A DNA stretch of 64,000 nt from assembly GCA_964016885.1 (NCBI GenBank), contig OZ024742.1, positions 34,100,001-34,164,000 on the forward strand, written 5' to 3'. Source of the stretch: Eledone cirrhosa. Taxonomy: Eukaryota. The notes under the pieces are model-generated. The model ran no database searches, had not been told where the DNA came from, and saw only the letters and a program-made list of their open reading frames with translations. The position numbers and the translations under genes are program-made. This document shows, one piece after another, positions 42,062-56,384 of the stretch. The first letter of the stretch is position 1, and every line of letters begins with the position of its first letter.

Positions 42062-43907
42062 ATTGTTATACTTGGGGAGGGTCATATTTGTGTAATATTG
42101 CCAGAATTAATAACAGAACACACTCACTGTTTGGTTGGTTTTCCCTTTTCACTTCTGTGTCTTTTATATCGGTTAATTTAATTTATTCGGTCCTCAATGT
42201 TGCCATTGACTGACCAACGGTCAAAAATACAGATACAATATAGACACAAACACATATATATATAGTTTATCAAAGTTCTTTCGTTACACATCTGCAACAT
42301 CCTCAGTGGTGCTATTGTTTCCTCCCGTTGCATTGTATTTTCTACGCCATCTTTATTTAGTCTGTTTATATATATATATATTTTTGTCTTCTTTGCGCAT
42401 GCGTTTGCGTGTGTGTATAGCGTTTTGTTTGATGTGTGTTCGTGAGTGGGTGACTGTGTATTGGTTAATGTATTCTATCTTTACTAGTGTGTGTTTATAT
42501 GTGTTTGTTGTTATTGTGCTTGTGTATGTATCTATTTATTTATTTATCTATTTATTTATTTATTTATCTATTTATTTATTTATTTATCTATTTATTTATT
42601 TATTTATCTATTTATTTATTTATTTATACTTCTTTTAGGTCAGTGTTGTTTGTTTGGGTGTTGTTGTTATTCTATTCATTTTCTCTGTTTAGCCTTGGCC
42701 TTCTAAGTTCTATTTCACTGGCCTCTCTGATTTGCCTATCTGCTGGGTCATTTCTATGTTTAGATATTATTCTAATTTCTATATTGTCTATGTTACCGTC
42801 GTGTTGTTGTCTGGCATGTTCGTATAGTACTGAACCGTTTTTTCGTCCTTTTAGTTCCCACCAGTGTTGATCTATCCTTTCACCTATGCTACGAGCTGTC
42901 TCGCCTATGTATCTTGTTGTCATGTTTCTGCAAGTACCTTCTGTACATCTTATGCTATAGACTACGTTTCTAGTTTTACAGTTTATCCGGGGGTTTACCT
43001 TACATATGATACATTTCCCATTAGTACAGTGGGTTTTCTTAAAATGGTAGGTTTTGCTGATCAGGGATTTTATGGTGGCTCCTGGCTTTTCTACCACCTT
43101 AATCTTTAAGTGGGTCTTTCTCATGGCCTTTCTACACTGGTTAGCTAATTTCCCTCCAGGGCTAGCGTCCACAAACATGACACTCTGGTATCTCTGGCTG
43201 TCGTACCATGAGGTGGTTTTCCCCATCTTATGTCTAGCCCTATCTAAGCTATTCCATGATTTGTCCCTGTATAATGAGCAAATTCCTTCCATGTCCAGTT
43301 CTATGAGGGACTTATACTTCTCCGTGGCTCCTTTGTATACTCTGATTCTGTCTCTTTGGTTGTAGCCAGAGAACTGCATGCGGTTGATGAAGTGTTGGAT
43401 GTGTCTTTCCATTTCTGTTGGGTCGCACGTGCGGTACACGTTCTTCATCACTCGTACCAAGTCTGCGATCAGAATATTAAACTTAGCACTACTGGACATT
43501 GCTGAGTTTTTGAGTATCAGGTATTTGGAGGCCATGGGTTTAGCGTAGTGTGAGTGGAGAATTTGGGCTCTCTCGTCTATAGTGTTAATCCAGAGTTCCG
43601 TGTCTAATACAGGTAGTCTATTGTTAGGGTGTTTGGAAGGGTAGTCGATAGTTACAGTTATACTCTGGTGTATGGAATTAGCTATCTGCTGGATGCTTTA
43701 CATTGTGCTACGTTCTAAATCAAACTTGTTAGTGCTCTCTTGTGGGGATGTCCTTATTACTATATTGATATCGTCTACGTAACGATAGTACAAGATGAGG
43801 TCTATGGAGCTCTCATTAAGGAGATCTTTAAGTCTTCTTTCCCACCATACCATAAAAAGGTGGGCAACGTCACCAGCTAAGCTGACGCCAATGGCTGCTC
43901 CCTCATG
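42062..43907 (-). mobile_element. 5'-truncated Penelope-like element (RT C-terminal half, Cys-rich linker, GIY-YIG, pLTR with hammerhead at 42268-42311)
   Basis: EGAAIGVSLAGDVA and RYVDD at about 43770-43905. ORF 42672-43535 has CTNGKCIIC...C, VVYSIRC...YIGETARS..ERI..H and RQIREA...LN. Confidence 0.92.
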
Positions 43908-44266
43908 TGGGCCTCCAAATACCTAATACTCAAAAACTCAGCAATGTCCAGTAGTGCTAAGTTTAATATTCTGATCGCAGACTTGGTACGAGTGATGAAG
44001 AACGTGTCCCGCATGTGTGACCCAACAGAAATGGAAAGACACATCCAACACTTCATCAACCGCATGCAGTTCACTGGCTACAACCAAAGAGACAGAATCA
44101 GAGTGTATGAAGGAGCCATGGAGAAGTATAAGACCCTCATAGAACTGGACATGATAGGAATTTGCCCATTATACAGGAGCAAATTATGGAATAGCTTAGA
44201 TAGGGCTAGACATAAGATAGGGAAAGCCACCTCATGGTACGACAACCAGAGATACCAGAGTGTCAT
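43908..44266 (+). mobile_element. Inverted internal fragment of the same PLE family
   Basis: ASKYLILKNSAMSSS...YDNQRYQSVM mirrors about 43176-43533. Confidence 0.9.
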
Positions 44267-44302
44267 GGGAGTCGACTCTAATTTGAATGGAAAAAGGCGG
44301 GT

Positions 44303-44374
44303 GATGTGTTGGTGTAAATGGTAACACAGTGGTCCGGATAACCAAAGATGTGGGTTCGACTCCCATGTACGTCA
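44303..44374 (+). tRNA. tRNA-like cloverleaf (pseudo-tRNA or SINE head), nominal anticodon GGA
   Basis: D stem gtgt/acac, anticodon stem tggt/acca with loop CCGGATA, T arm gtggg-TTCGACT-cccat, a G-U-rich acceptor stem, and TTTTT just downstream. Confidence 0.6.
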
Positions 44375-44493
44375 ATACTCATCTTTTTCCATTTCTCCGA
44401 GGGTTCTTAACCCCACTATCAGGCTAAATAATTTCTTTAATTTCTTTAGTCAAAATACGGCGATAGCTAACATTTCTAATAATATATATATAT

Positions 44494-44550
44494 AAATGGA
44501 AAAATTGAAATTTCATTTGTCACTCTTAGTACGGCTGATACGTATACATA

Positions 44551-44615
<65 letters not shown>

Positions 44616-45219
44616 GTATATATATATATACGTACATTTATATATGTACGTATGGGTTTACCGAATATTTATTATAATGCTCGGTTTGTTTATATATATG
44701 TGTGCATGTATGTATATATATACATACTACTGTACGTCTGTATACATATATGTATGTACGTATACATACATGCTTACATTTAAGTACCAGCCGTACTAAG
44801 AGTGAGAAATGAAATTTCATTTCATTCTTTTTCATTTATCGTTTTCGATGCGCCCGCCGACTAACCCAATCGATATGCAAATTAGGCTGCTCAGCCGTTA
44901 ATATGCACAAGAAAAGTATATACTTTCAGACGTTCAACCATCTGACAGGAAGGTATACGATGCTGACGATAGCTTATAAGCTTGAAACTAGTACATCGTT
45001 CCTGCGTCAGTGTTGAACAAAAAGGTGACAATGGTTGCCTAAAAACTGTACGGCGTAATTCGGGCTCTTTGTTTGTTTACAAACAAACGAACAAACCGAG
45101 CATTATAATAAATGTTCGGTGAACCCATACGCACATATATATATGTGTGCATGTATGTATATATATACATACTACTGTACGTCTGTATACATATATGTAT
45201 GTACGTATACATACATGCT

Positions 45220-45260
<41 letters not shown>
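44494..45260. mobile_element. Family H2 cassette with a perfect hammerhead at 44957-44999 (+) and inverted/direct tail copies
   Basis: acgatg CTGACGA t-agct-tata-agct-t GAAAC-TA-GTA catcgt. Tail copies lie at about 44494-44680 (inverted), 44695-44835 and 45095-45225. Confidence 0.85.
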
Positions 45261-45264
<4 letters not shown>

Positions 45265-45542
45265 GTATGCATACATATATGTAAAAACCACGAGAACAGT
45301 TTTAACTATATTGTTAGATCAGACGACACTTTGATGTGGAAGGAAGAAGCAGCATTGTTGGTAGGTGTTTAAACATTGCGTCCGTTTTGGCAGTCACACA
45401 AAAACAACTGCTGAAGCAAATTAATAATTTCACAACCACACATACGTCATCGCTTTCACTCTTCCTCTCCCCCTCTCTCTCTTGTACTCTCTATCTTTCT
45501 CTCTCTCATTCTCTCTGTCTCCCCCTTCTCTCTCTCTCTCTA

Positions 45543-45580
<38 letters not shown>

Positions 45581-46370
45581 TATTTGTGTTTAGCAGATAC
45601 GCCGTATGACAAAAACCCAGACCCATATCGTGGTGAAGGGAATTTCATAACAACACAGGGGTTTCTATAAAAGCACTTCAGTTTAGCAGTTGCGCTAGGA
45701 GTTAGAATTCGGTATCATTCTGTAGCGAGGCGAATGAATATCTTAGCCACACACAGTAGAAGTCTCTTTAAAAGTACTTCTACAGCTGCATATTCGGATC
45801 GAACTTGGAATCATGTAGTTGCAAATCGAATCTCTTACTAGCACTCAGTGTTTCTCTGTTTTTCTAAAATTACTTTTGTACATCAATACTCTTGGCCGTG
45901 CTGCCGCAGCAACAGTTTGACGTCAATGAAATGTGTCATATGTGTCAAATGACTGAAGAGGTCACAGTAATTAAACAGTCAAACAGGCCATTATACTCAG
46001 TACTGCAATTAGAGCAACATTGCTAGAAGCCAGTAAATGTAAGCAGCTTGTAATTATACCAAAGAGATCAATAATATCCGACTTGTTCACAATGTAACGT
46101 TGCTCCGCCATAGACAGTCTGTGATGATGTAAAGTGGAGTGGACATTCTTGTGTTCAATAGCTTTTCCAAAGTAATTTCTTAATGTAGAGAACTAGCAAA
46201 CTAACGCAGTTGATAAACCTGCTAGAATTAATAACTAAATTTTCTTCTCAATTCAAATCATACACTGTATTAAGTAAACATGGACATTCTCGTTTACAAT
46301 AGTTTTCTCAAAGCAACTTCATAAAGTATAAACTACTGAAGCCATTACACGGTTGTTGAAGGTGCTTAAA

Positions 46371-46590
46371 ATAATTGTTTCTACTTTAGGCACAAAGTCA
46401 GCAATTTTAGAGGAGGGGAAAGTCGATTAAATTGACTCCACAGCGTTACTGGTACTTTATTTTACCGACCCCGTAAGGATGAAAGACAAAGTTAATCTAG
46501 GTGGGATTTGAACTCAGAACGTAAAGGCTCGTAACTCTCCGCCGCTAAGCATGGTGTCCGACACTCTACCGATATTGCCAATCCATTGCC
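46371..46590 (-). mobile_element. Full-length family-A SINE
   Basis: Tail, core and tRNA-like head are all present. Confidence 0.85.
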
Positions 46591-47643
46591 CTCAATATGC
46601 TAGAAATAAAAAAACAAATATCTCTCCAATTAAAATCCTTATTAAGAAAGAATGTCCGTGTTCGATAGTGTATTTCTAGAGAAACATTGTGTGTGGTTAG
46701 TCACAGCTAGGGTATCATGTGTTAGAGATGTGTTCGATTAAAATACACTACTTTGTTTGATTGTTGCTTTTAGATTTTAAACAACTGTGAAGGAGAGTTT
46801 CTTTGCTAATCGCAGGGATAACTGCAGTTATTCAAAGTTTTACAACTTACTATACTACACATGTGAGATATAACTGAATTTGTATTTAGAAATTAATAGA
46901 ATGAGAAATGCATACATACATACATACATACATACATACATACATACATACATACATACATACATACATACATACATACATACATACAGACAGACAGACA
47001 GACATACATGCGGACAGACAGACAAACATATATACATACACACACATATCTGTATCTATGTATATATATACATACACACACATATATACATATGTATACA
47101 TATAGTCGAGGAGATCAGATGCAATACTTGACTTGGTATTTCATATATCCATTATTTAGATAGTACTACTTTCCTCATCCTCACCCTAATTATCATCAAT
47201 GTAGTGTAAGTGTATACTAATAAAAGTGGTGATGGCAAAGGTGGCAGCACCGGTATTGCTGTAGGGTAGTATGGGTGAAGGTGGTGGAATTTTGAAGGCG
47301 GTGATAGTGGCATTGGAAATGGATGAGATGGAAGACTTCGGCATATATAACTAAATTCTATTAATTGATGTTATCTGAAGTGGGTTACTGAGGATATAAT
47401 AAAAATATGTGCCTATTTCAGTTAAATCAGTGAAACATACAGCCCATTACATCAATATGCATACCATCATATCATAAGCTTTATTAATATATATATATGT
47501 GAGTGTGTGTGTGTGTATGTGTGTGTGAGTGTGTGTGTGTATGTGTGTATATATATATATATATATTTGTGTATATATATATATATATATTTATTAAAAT
47601 AACAGATCCCTCTTTGGATTTTTGTCTTCAAATTTATTATTAT

Positions 47644-47693
<50 letters not shown>

Positions 47694-48148
47694 CAAAGAA
47701 ATACACAGACACATGCGAATACATACATATACATGCATATACCTACATATATCCCTGAATTTGTGTGGTGCCAACCTTAACCGTTGTTGCTCTATGAATA
47801 ATAGGGACAAAATAATCTGAATGGATTAGATTGATTCAATATCAGAGCTATATAATACATTATAAAGAAAGAAGAAACAGATATAAATAAAAAGATATAA
47901 TATAATAAATATAATAAAAAGATATATATATATCAAGGGCGGTGCCCCAGCATGGCCTCAGCCGGATGGCTGAAACAGGTAAAAGAGTAAAAGAGTATAC
48001 CTAAATTCCTTCATTATCCTCGACTACGTAGTTTCGTGGCTATTATACAAAAACACTACATCATAGAGATGCAGTATTTTTATACAACTCATACATACAC
48101 AGACACAAACGCATACACACACGCGCGCACGCACGCGCACCCCCCCCC

Positions 48149-48198
<50 letters not shown>

Positions 48199-48471
48199 AT
48201 ATATATATACATATATATATACAATCATTGAAAAGAATAGAAAGCTGGACTGAAATGTTTCTTTACAGTTTTAATTCAGTGAAAACACTACATATTTCAA
48301 TGGTTCAGCTTCATTATCCGATCATGCTGCATGAATTAGATAATTCGCTCAGGTGATAATTGCAGAATTAGTTCCGTTAGATAACAGGACTATGGTGAAC
48401 ACAGCACAGAATAGACAATAGAAAACGGATGACTGATTAGATTCAGGGACAGTCTGACAATTGACACCACC

Positions 48472-48600
48472 ATAGGCGCTGAACTGGCCAGCCGCGGGTG
48501 TGAGCCTCGCGAGCTGGAATGGCTTTTCCAGCGCGTCTCCCCTGTCGTCCTCCGAGGAAACACCTTCTCCATTCTGTCCGCCAGGGCTGTGGGGAGGCCA
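48472..48600 (+). mobile_element. CRE-clade non-LTR retrotransposon C-terminal fragment
   Basis: Reads IGAELASRGCEPRELEWLFQRVSPVVLRGNTFSIL, matching the L.QR.S..+.RGN...IL C-terminal motif of CRE elements. Confidence 0.65.
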
Positions 48601-48703
48601 CCAATATGATTGACTGACTTGTCATTTTATCAGTCTTCTTACTTATATATTATTGTTTAATCAAAATTCTCCCCCTTTCAAATATATATATATATATATA
48701 TAT

Positions 48704-49354
48704 ATTGAACCACCTAGGTACTATGACATAACCTGTGTATTTGCTGGCATGGACGTGCATCTGTGCGCCTATGTTAGTTGATATATTAAATTATCTATAT
48801 TTATCTCCAAATCACTGATTTGTCGAGCAAACCTGCCAAAACCACTTCAAAATTTTTTTTGGGGTGTTAGTAGGCGTCAGTCATCTTACCATCCCATTCC
48901 TTCTAACTAGCCTCTATGTCACGTGATTGATTCTTTAGAATCGGCCATTTGACTGGAAGCAGTGAGAATTTCAGTACATAGAATCCAGTCCTCGCCTAGC
49001 TGTTCTTTCTACCGAATTATTATTTTTATATGAGCCGCCAGTGTCCGCGCATTGCCTGGAGGCTCAGCTGAGAATAGACTCCCTGATGACGCAATGAATT
49101 CTCGACAGTTGGATTATGTAACTGTCTTTATCCCATTGCAGAAACTAATTAGTTGGAGTGAAAATTTAAGTAAGTAAGTAAAAAATTTTTTAAAAATTTT
49201 TTTAAAAAATGTTTTCTTATTTTACGTCTTTTATATTATTGTTCTGCACCCTCCTGCATTGAACCACCTAGGTACTATGACATAACCTGTGTATTTGCTG
49301 GCATGGACGTGCATCTGTGCGCCTATGTTAGTTGATATATTAAATTATCTATAT
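48704..49354 (+). mobile_element. 554-bp non-coding monomer plus a 97-bp terminal direct repeat, with a hammerhead at 49078-49159
   Basis: 48704-48800 equals 49258-49354. Motif: actcc CTGATGA c-gcaatg...cattgc-a GAAAC-TAATTA-GTT ggagt. (TA)n on both flanks. Confidence 0.88.
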
Positions 49355-49374
49355 ATATATATATGTATATATAT

Positions 49375-49470
49375 GTATTGTTATACTTTGGGAGGGTCAT
49401 GTTGCCAATAAGAAAGTATAACAATATCGGTTTCAACACACGTTTTCAGATCAAGAATCTTGCTAAACAT
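49375..49470 (-). mobile_element. Rearranged PLE P1-related tail fragment
   Basis: tattgttatactttgggagggtcatgttgccaataagaaa followed by an inverted copy of the 23750-23800 sequence. Confidence 0.75.
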
Positions 49471-49478
49471 ATATATGT

Positions 49479-49550
<72 letters not shown>

Positions 49551-49627
49551 ATGCATGTGTGTGTATATATATATATATATATATAAATATAAATAAATAA
49601 TTGAAGAATACACAGATAAGTTATATG

Positions 49628-49712
<85 letters not shown>

Positions 49713-50009
49713 AAATATAACTTATCTGTGTATTCTTCAATTATTTATTTTCGCATTACAAATAAATCGATTCTGAAAGCATTTTAGAAACTTCCTGAAT
49801 ATCTCCTCCTAAGCACCATAGTAAATCTCTACAGTACCAATAAAATTCAATTAATCAATATAAGAGACTAATGGAATAAGGGGTAGATTGCTCTATTTGA
49901 TAGTATAGGCGGCTGATATAATAATGTTGGGTGTTTGAAGAATTTGCTCCAAATTTCAAGCAAACCAAACAAATGACGTCCATTGTTCGATATTTTTTTC
50001 AAAGCAAAA

Positions 50010-50040
<31 letters not shown>

Positions 50041-50230
50041 CTGGTTTGATTTTTGTCTTGTTTTTGTGCGTCCGTATTTGTATATTATTTTTGTTATTGA
50101 TGTTTTCATTGTTATTTGTTTGTTGATGTTGTTGGTTTTGTTGTTGTTGTTGTTGTTGGTAGTAGTGGAGGTGATCGTGACGATGGCGGTGGCGGTAGTG
50201 ATAATTGTGATGATGATGATAATGGTATTT

Positions 50231-50267
<37 letters not shown>

Positions 50268-50359
50268 CGATGATGACGATGATGATGATCGTGGCATTGT
50301 TGCTTTAAATATTTGTTGTGAATTGGTAGAATTACTTCTACGATAGTTGTTCAACACAC

Positions 50360-50872
50360 TTTACGTTCTGAGCTCAAATCCTACTGCGGTCAACATTGCC
50401 TTTTATTCATTCAGGGTCAATAAAATAAGATATTAGTCAAGTACTGGGGTGAATATGATCGAATTGTCTTTCTCTTCAAAATTCTGGCTTTGTACCTCGG
50501 GAGAGGGTTGGACGCCATGCTTTTCGGCAAAGAGTTACAGCCCTTTATGGTCGGAGTTCAAATCCCGCCGAGGTTAACTTTGCCTTTCATCCTTACGGGG
50601 TCGATAAAATAAAGTACCAGTAATGTACTGGTGAATTGCTAGCCTTGTGCCAAAAGTAGAAAGAATTATTATTATGCGAAAGATGGTGTTTTGGCTGTAT
50701 CGGTAGAGGGTCGGACACCATGCTTTGCAGCATAGAGTTACGGCCCTTTATGGTATGAGTTCAAATCCCGCCGAGGTTAACTTTGCCTTTCATTCTTACG
50801 GGGTCGATAAAATAAAGTACCAGTAATGTACTGGATAATTGCTGGCCTTGTGCCAAAAGTAGAAAGAATTAT
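50360..50872 (+). mobile_element. Three tandem family-A SINEs (degraded 50360-50490, then 50500-50673 and 50685-50872)
   Basis: Repeated gagttcaaatcccgccgaggttaactttgcctttcat core with (ATT) tails. Confidence 0.88.
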
Positions 50873-50879
50873 TATATTA

Positions 50880-51819
50880 ATGTTTCTTCGCTCAGTTTCT
50901 AACGCTCGAGATGTATTACAGTGTTAGCTGTTCACTACCAGTGAACTTAAGTAACACCCCTTATCTCAACTTCTAACGCTGGATATGTATTACAGTGTTA
51001 GCTGCTCACTACCAGTGAACTTAAGTAACACCCCTTATCTCAGCTTCTAACGCTGGATATGTATTACAGTGTTAGCTGCTCACTACCAGTGAACTTAAGT
51101 AACACCCCTTATCTCAGCTTCTAACGCTGGATATGTATTACAGTGTTAGCTGCTCACTACCAGTAAACTGAGGTAACACCCCTTATTTTTTGAGTACCCT
51201 CCGGAGTATTCCAACTGTACCAAGCAATGTTGATTTTTGTATGTGTTCCATCCACATTGCAATCCCTATTTGTTTAATGTACTTCTCAAAACTCCAACTA
51301 TTATTGGTATTACCACCAGATTTTTCAGTGACCACAACTGCTTAATTCCTCAAGATAATCTGTCACATCCATCAATCCCCCACCCCTTGTTATCAGCTGA
51401 ACAAGCTATATCTATGATCCAACACTGTTTGCGTTGTTTCTCAATTAATACAATATCTGGTCTATGTTCAATCTCATGGTCACACTGTATCACACAATCC
51501 TACAGGATCTTTTCATCATCATTTCTTTTGATAAAGCCCTCAGGATTATGTTCGTACCATCTTTCTGCTCTGTCAAGTGCATATTAGCCACAAAGTGCCC
51601 AATGGACTACCCTTACTATGCTGTCGTGAAGTCTATTATATTCTTTCTGAACTAGTGGTGTGCATTGACTGTTAATATGGCATACCGTTTCTCCATTCAT
51701 GCCACAATTCTACACTTATCACTTTCTGCAGTGTGGTCTATTTTAAACTTGATGTAGTTAGTTCTTAGTGCTTTTTCTTGAGCAACACATATGAAGGCTT
51801 CTGTTTCCAGTTTTAGATC

Positions 51820-51820
<1 letters not shown>
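50880..51820 (-). mobile_element. R4/Dong-like restriction-like-endonuclease LINE, 3' remnant
   Basis: ETEAFICVAQEKALRTNYIKFKID...KCRI (zinc knuckle), later HRPDIVLIEKQRKQCWIIDIAC (PD..D). Bordered by (AAT)n/(AAG)n. Confidence 0.8.
50891..51186. repeat. 74-bp tandem repeat, 4 copies (LINE 3' UTR end)
   Basis: ttctaacgct starts at 50897, 50971, 51045 and 51119. Confidence 0.92.
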
Positions 51821-51850
<30 letters not shown>

Positions 51851-52549
51851 CTTCTTCTTCTTCTTCTTCTTCTATTATTATTATTATTATTATTATTATG
51901 CAAGTACACATTTTTTGAAATTATGAAAGCTAGTGGATAAAAATGTTTGATTTAGACATAATTTATGTTTTTATCTTTTGTAAAATATTATTTATGAGTG
52001 ATGGCTTTTTGGTGGGAGTGTAGCAACATTTCCAAGCCGCAAATGCGGTAACAAAATTTACGCCTCCATGGAAAATTTAGAGAAAAACAACGCACATTAA
52101 AAATAAATAGATAATATAAAGAATTGGAAATTGAATATACATGTATACTTTAACAAATTCCGGGGAAATTTTTAGTGATAGTTTTTGTAAAGTTAATAAA
52201 AGAAAGTAACATCTCCTATATTTTCGAACCACGCATTGGACAAATCTTAACTCGTTGGGTCCTCATCTGAAGACATGCACATCATTTAAACATCTAACAA
52301 GGCCCGAAAATTAATTAAAGATATATATTTTTTTTCAACTTACAGAGAAATAATTATATTTAGCCCGTTTTCGTGTTTATATAGTAAAAATGTGAAATTT
52401 GTATATATATTTCGGTTGTTGCGTTTACCTCTAAACTGTATATATATATATATATATCATTTTAATGTATATTTTGGCTGCTTAAAGCACAACTTAATAT
52501 ATATGTTAAGTAGCGACCAGTACGGCGTGAATATCACGCAATATATATA

Positions 52550-53388
<839 letters not shown>

Positions 53389-53654
53389 TATATATCAAAA
53401 TGGCATGAAAGCCCATAAAATAAATATGATGATCTTCAATCTTATAAGACTTTTATCCTTGGGTCGGTATAATATTCTTTTTCCCACCAGGGAGCTTTTA
53501 GCCTTGTATAACGATTGAACAATCTGGAGTTGAAGTTTGAACAAAGAAATGGTTTATTTAACTGCCCTCCTCGACCGAAGCCGGTGCATATTGGACAAGT
53601 TAACAGAAGAGTATCATCTTTACTTTAACAGCTTTTAGACATTGAAGACACACA

Positions 53655-53917
<263 letters not shown>

Positions 53918-54254
53918 GCACATATAAATATATATGAAATCTTATACCTATATTCCGTGTCTTCAAATCTGTTTACGCAGACTCACTTCTTGGTTCGAGT
54001 TTCATGTCGTTTATATTATCAACTATATGCCTTCCTCTGAATATGATGAGGGTCTATCGTAAGTATCATTCCATAGGAGTTAAGTTAAACGTAGTTTTTT
54101 CCGTACTAGGGATGAACTGAAGTATATCGAATTAATAATACTAACACAGTAAAATGAATGAGTCTACGTATGTATCTTTCTGAGATTTACGAATTATATA
54201 GCAAGGTATTAGTATAAGTGCAACGTAAAAGTACCACAGTAAATGTATTAATCA

Positions 54255-55172
54255 TAATTGTTTCTACTTTTACCAGTAATACACTGGGATAATTGCTGGC
54301 ACAAGGCCAGCAATTGTATTACTGGTACTTTATTTTATAGACTCTGTAAGGATGATAGGCAAAGTTAACCTAGTCGGGATTTGAACTCAGATCATAAAGA
54401 GGCGTAACTCTATGCTGCAAAGCATGGCGTCCGACCCTCTACCTATACTGCCAATCCACCACCCTTGTATTAATCATAATGGTAGTTTTAACCATGAGTT
54501 CATTTGAAGGAGAAGAATTCAGGCAAACCGATGTGTCAATAAGCTAGCCCAATGTTTGAGGTATTTCCTGTGTATGATCCGCCAGTTGTACATCGCCGTG
54601 TCCAGATGAAGTGATATGACAATTTACTCTCAATAGCTCAGTTTACCTACATTATATAGGCGGTGGATTGGCAGTATCGGTAGAGGGTCGGACGCCATGC
54701 TTTCCAGGATAGTTACGTCCCTTAACGATCTGAGTTCAAATCCCGCCGAGGTTGACTTTGCCTTTCATCCTTACGGGGTCGATAAAATAAAGTACCAGTA
54801 ATGCACTGGGTAATTGCTGGCCTTGTGCCAAAAGTAGAAACAATTATATATAGTATTGGTATAAGAGATTAATTAACAGAATGGACAAAAATCTTTGCCA
54901 TGTTTCGTTCGTCTTTCTGCGGCTTTCAGAATTCAACTTCTGCCGAGCTCAGTTTCACATTTCCTGCTTTCAAAGTCAATAAATTAATTGTTTCTACTTT
55001 TGACACAAAGCCAGCAATTACCTAGTGCATTACTGGTACTTTATTTTATCGATCCCGTAAGGATGAAAGGCAAAGTTAACCTCGGCGGGATTTGAACTCG
55101 AAATGGCAAAGGCCGTAACTCTATGCGTCAAAGCATAGTGTCCGACCCTCTACCGATACTGCCAATCCACCG
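54255..55172. mobile_element. Three young family-A SINEs in alternating orientation (54255-54462 minus, 54659-54846 plus, 54985-55172 minus)
   Basis: Full length, with TSDs tgtattaatcataat, attatata and aataaattaat. Confidence 0.9.
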
Positions 55173-56181
55173 CAATAAATTAATATAATTTTTTAGGATG
55201 ACGGCTTAGTAAAACGAAATGCCTTGCTCTATATTATCTGGCTCTTTGTATTCTGAGTTCAACTTTTTGTGTTGCCTGCTCAATAGATTTTCTCCATTGT
55301 CTGGTTTAACACTACCGCTTGGCCCTCCAGCTACTTTATCAACAGCCACTCTCGTGCGAACATCTAGACAAAAACACTGGTCTGAGGATACCTTCCCACC
55401 CTAATCAGTAAAAATATATAATTTGCTATTATCGAAACTAATGTATTAAGAAGGCTATTTCTATGTATGTCTGTGTATACAAAAAATGACGATTAATATG
55501 ATGATGTATACATGTTTGTATATGTAATTATCACACCTTTATATATTGAACAATACATTAAGATTTGCTGCTAATAGGATCGAGTGCATATAGTACAGTA
55601 TTGATTTCTAACATAGGAAGTATATAAGGTCACTATATAGTACAGTGTTACAAACTAGTCAGTCAACAGTAGGTTTTTCAGGCCCAGCTCTGTTTTATTA
55701 AGGCACTCTAAATATTTCGTGTCTGCCTGAAAATATGAAACAACAAAATTGAGTACGAAGCAGGTTAGTGTTGTCGAACGAACATTTTTAACAGTAAATC
55801 TGATCTGTTTTCTCTCTGTAAGAACACGAAGATATACTCTTCAGAATGTGCCAATGATCAATCGAAACTAGCCGGGTTACTCACTGGATAGTGCAGCAGA
55901 GTCAGACCAGATTTTTTAATTACACTGCGAGGCTGAAAATATGTGTATCAAATGTACATAACGTGAACCTATTACTAGACGAATTGGGAGAGTCGTTAGA
56001 ACGTCGGATAGAATGTATTGCGATATTGTTTCAAATCCCACTGAAGTCAATTGTGTCCCCATCTATTCGAGGTTAATAAAGAATCAGTCCAGTACTGGAG
56101 TCATTTCTTCTTTCATCTCTCTTCCTTGTTTCCCCCGCCCCTTCCATTATTCCTGAAGAAATGTGCTGCACTCTCTCTCAC

Positions 56182-56272
<91 letters not shown>

Positions 56273-56278
56273 CATGTA

Positions 56279-56326
<48 letters not shown>

Positions 56327-56384
56327 GATGTGTATGGATATATACATATATATATATGTATGTATATGTATATATATATATATT

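Noticed and set aside
45874-45952. Minus-strand exon with an in-frame TGA (selenocysteine or A-to-I recoding idea)
   Set aside because: No homology or SECIS is evident and all frames have stops. The acceptor region also matches a repeat (actgaagaggtcacag, as at 24135).
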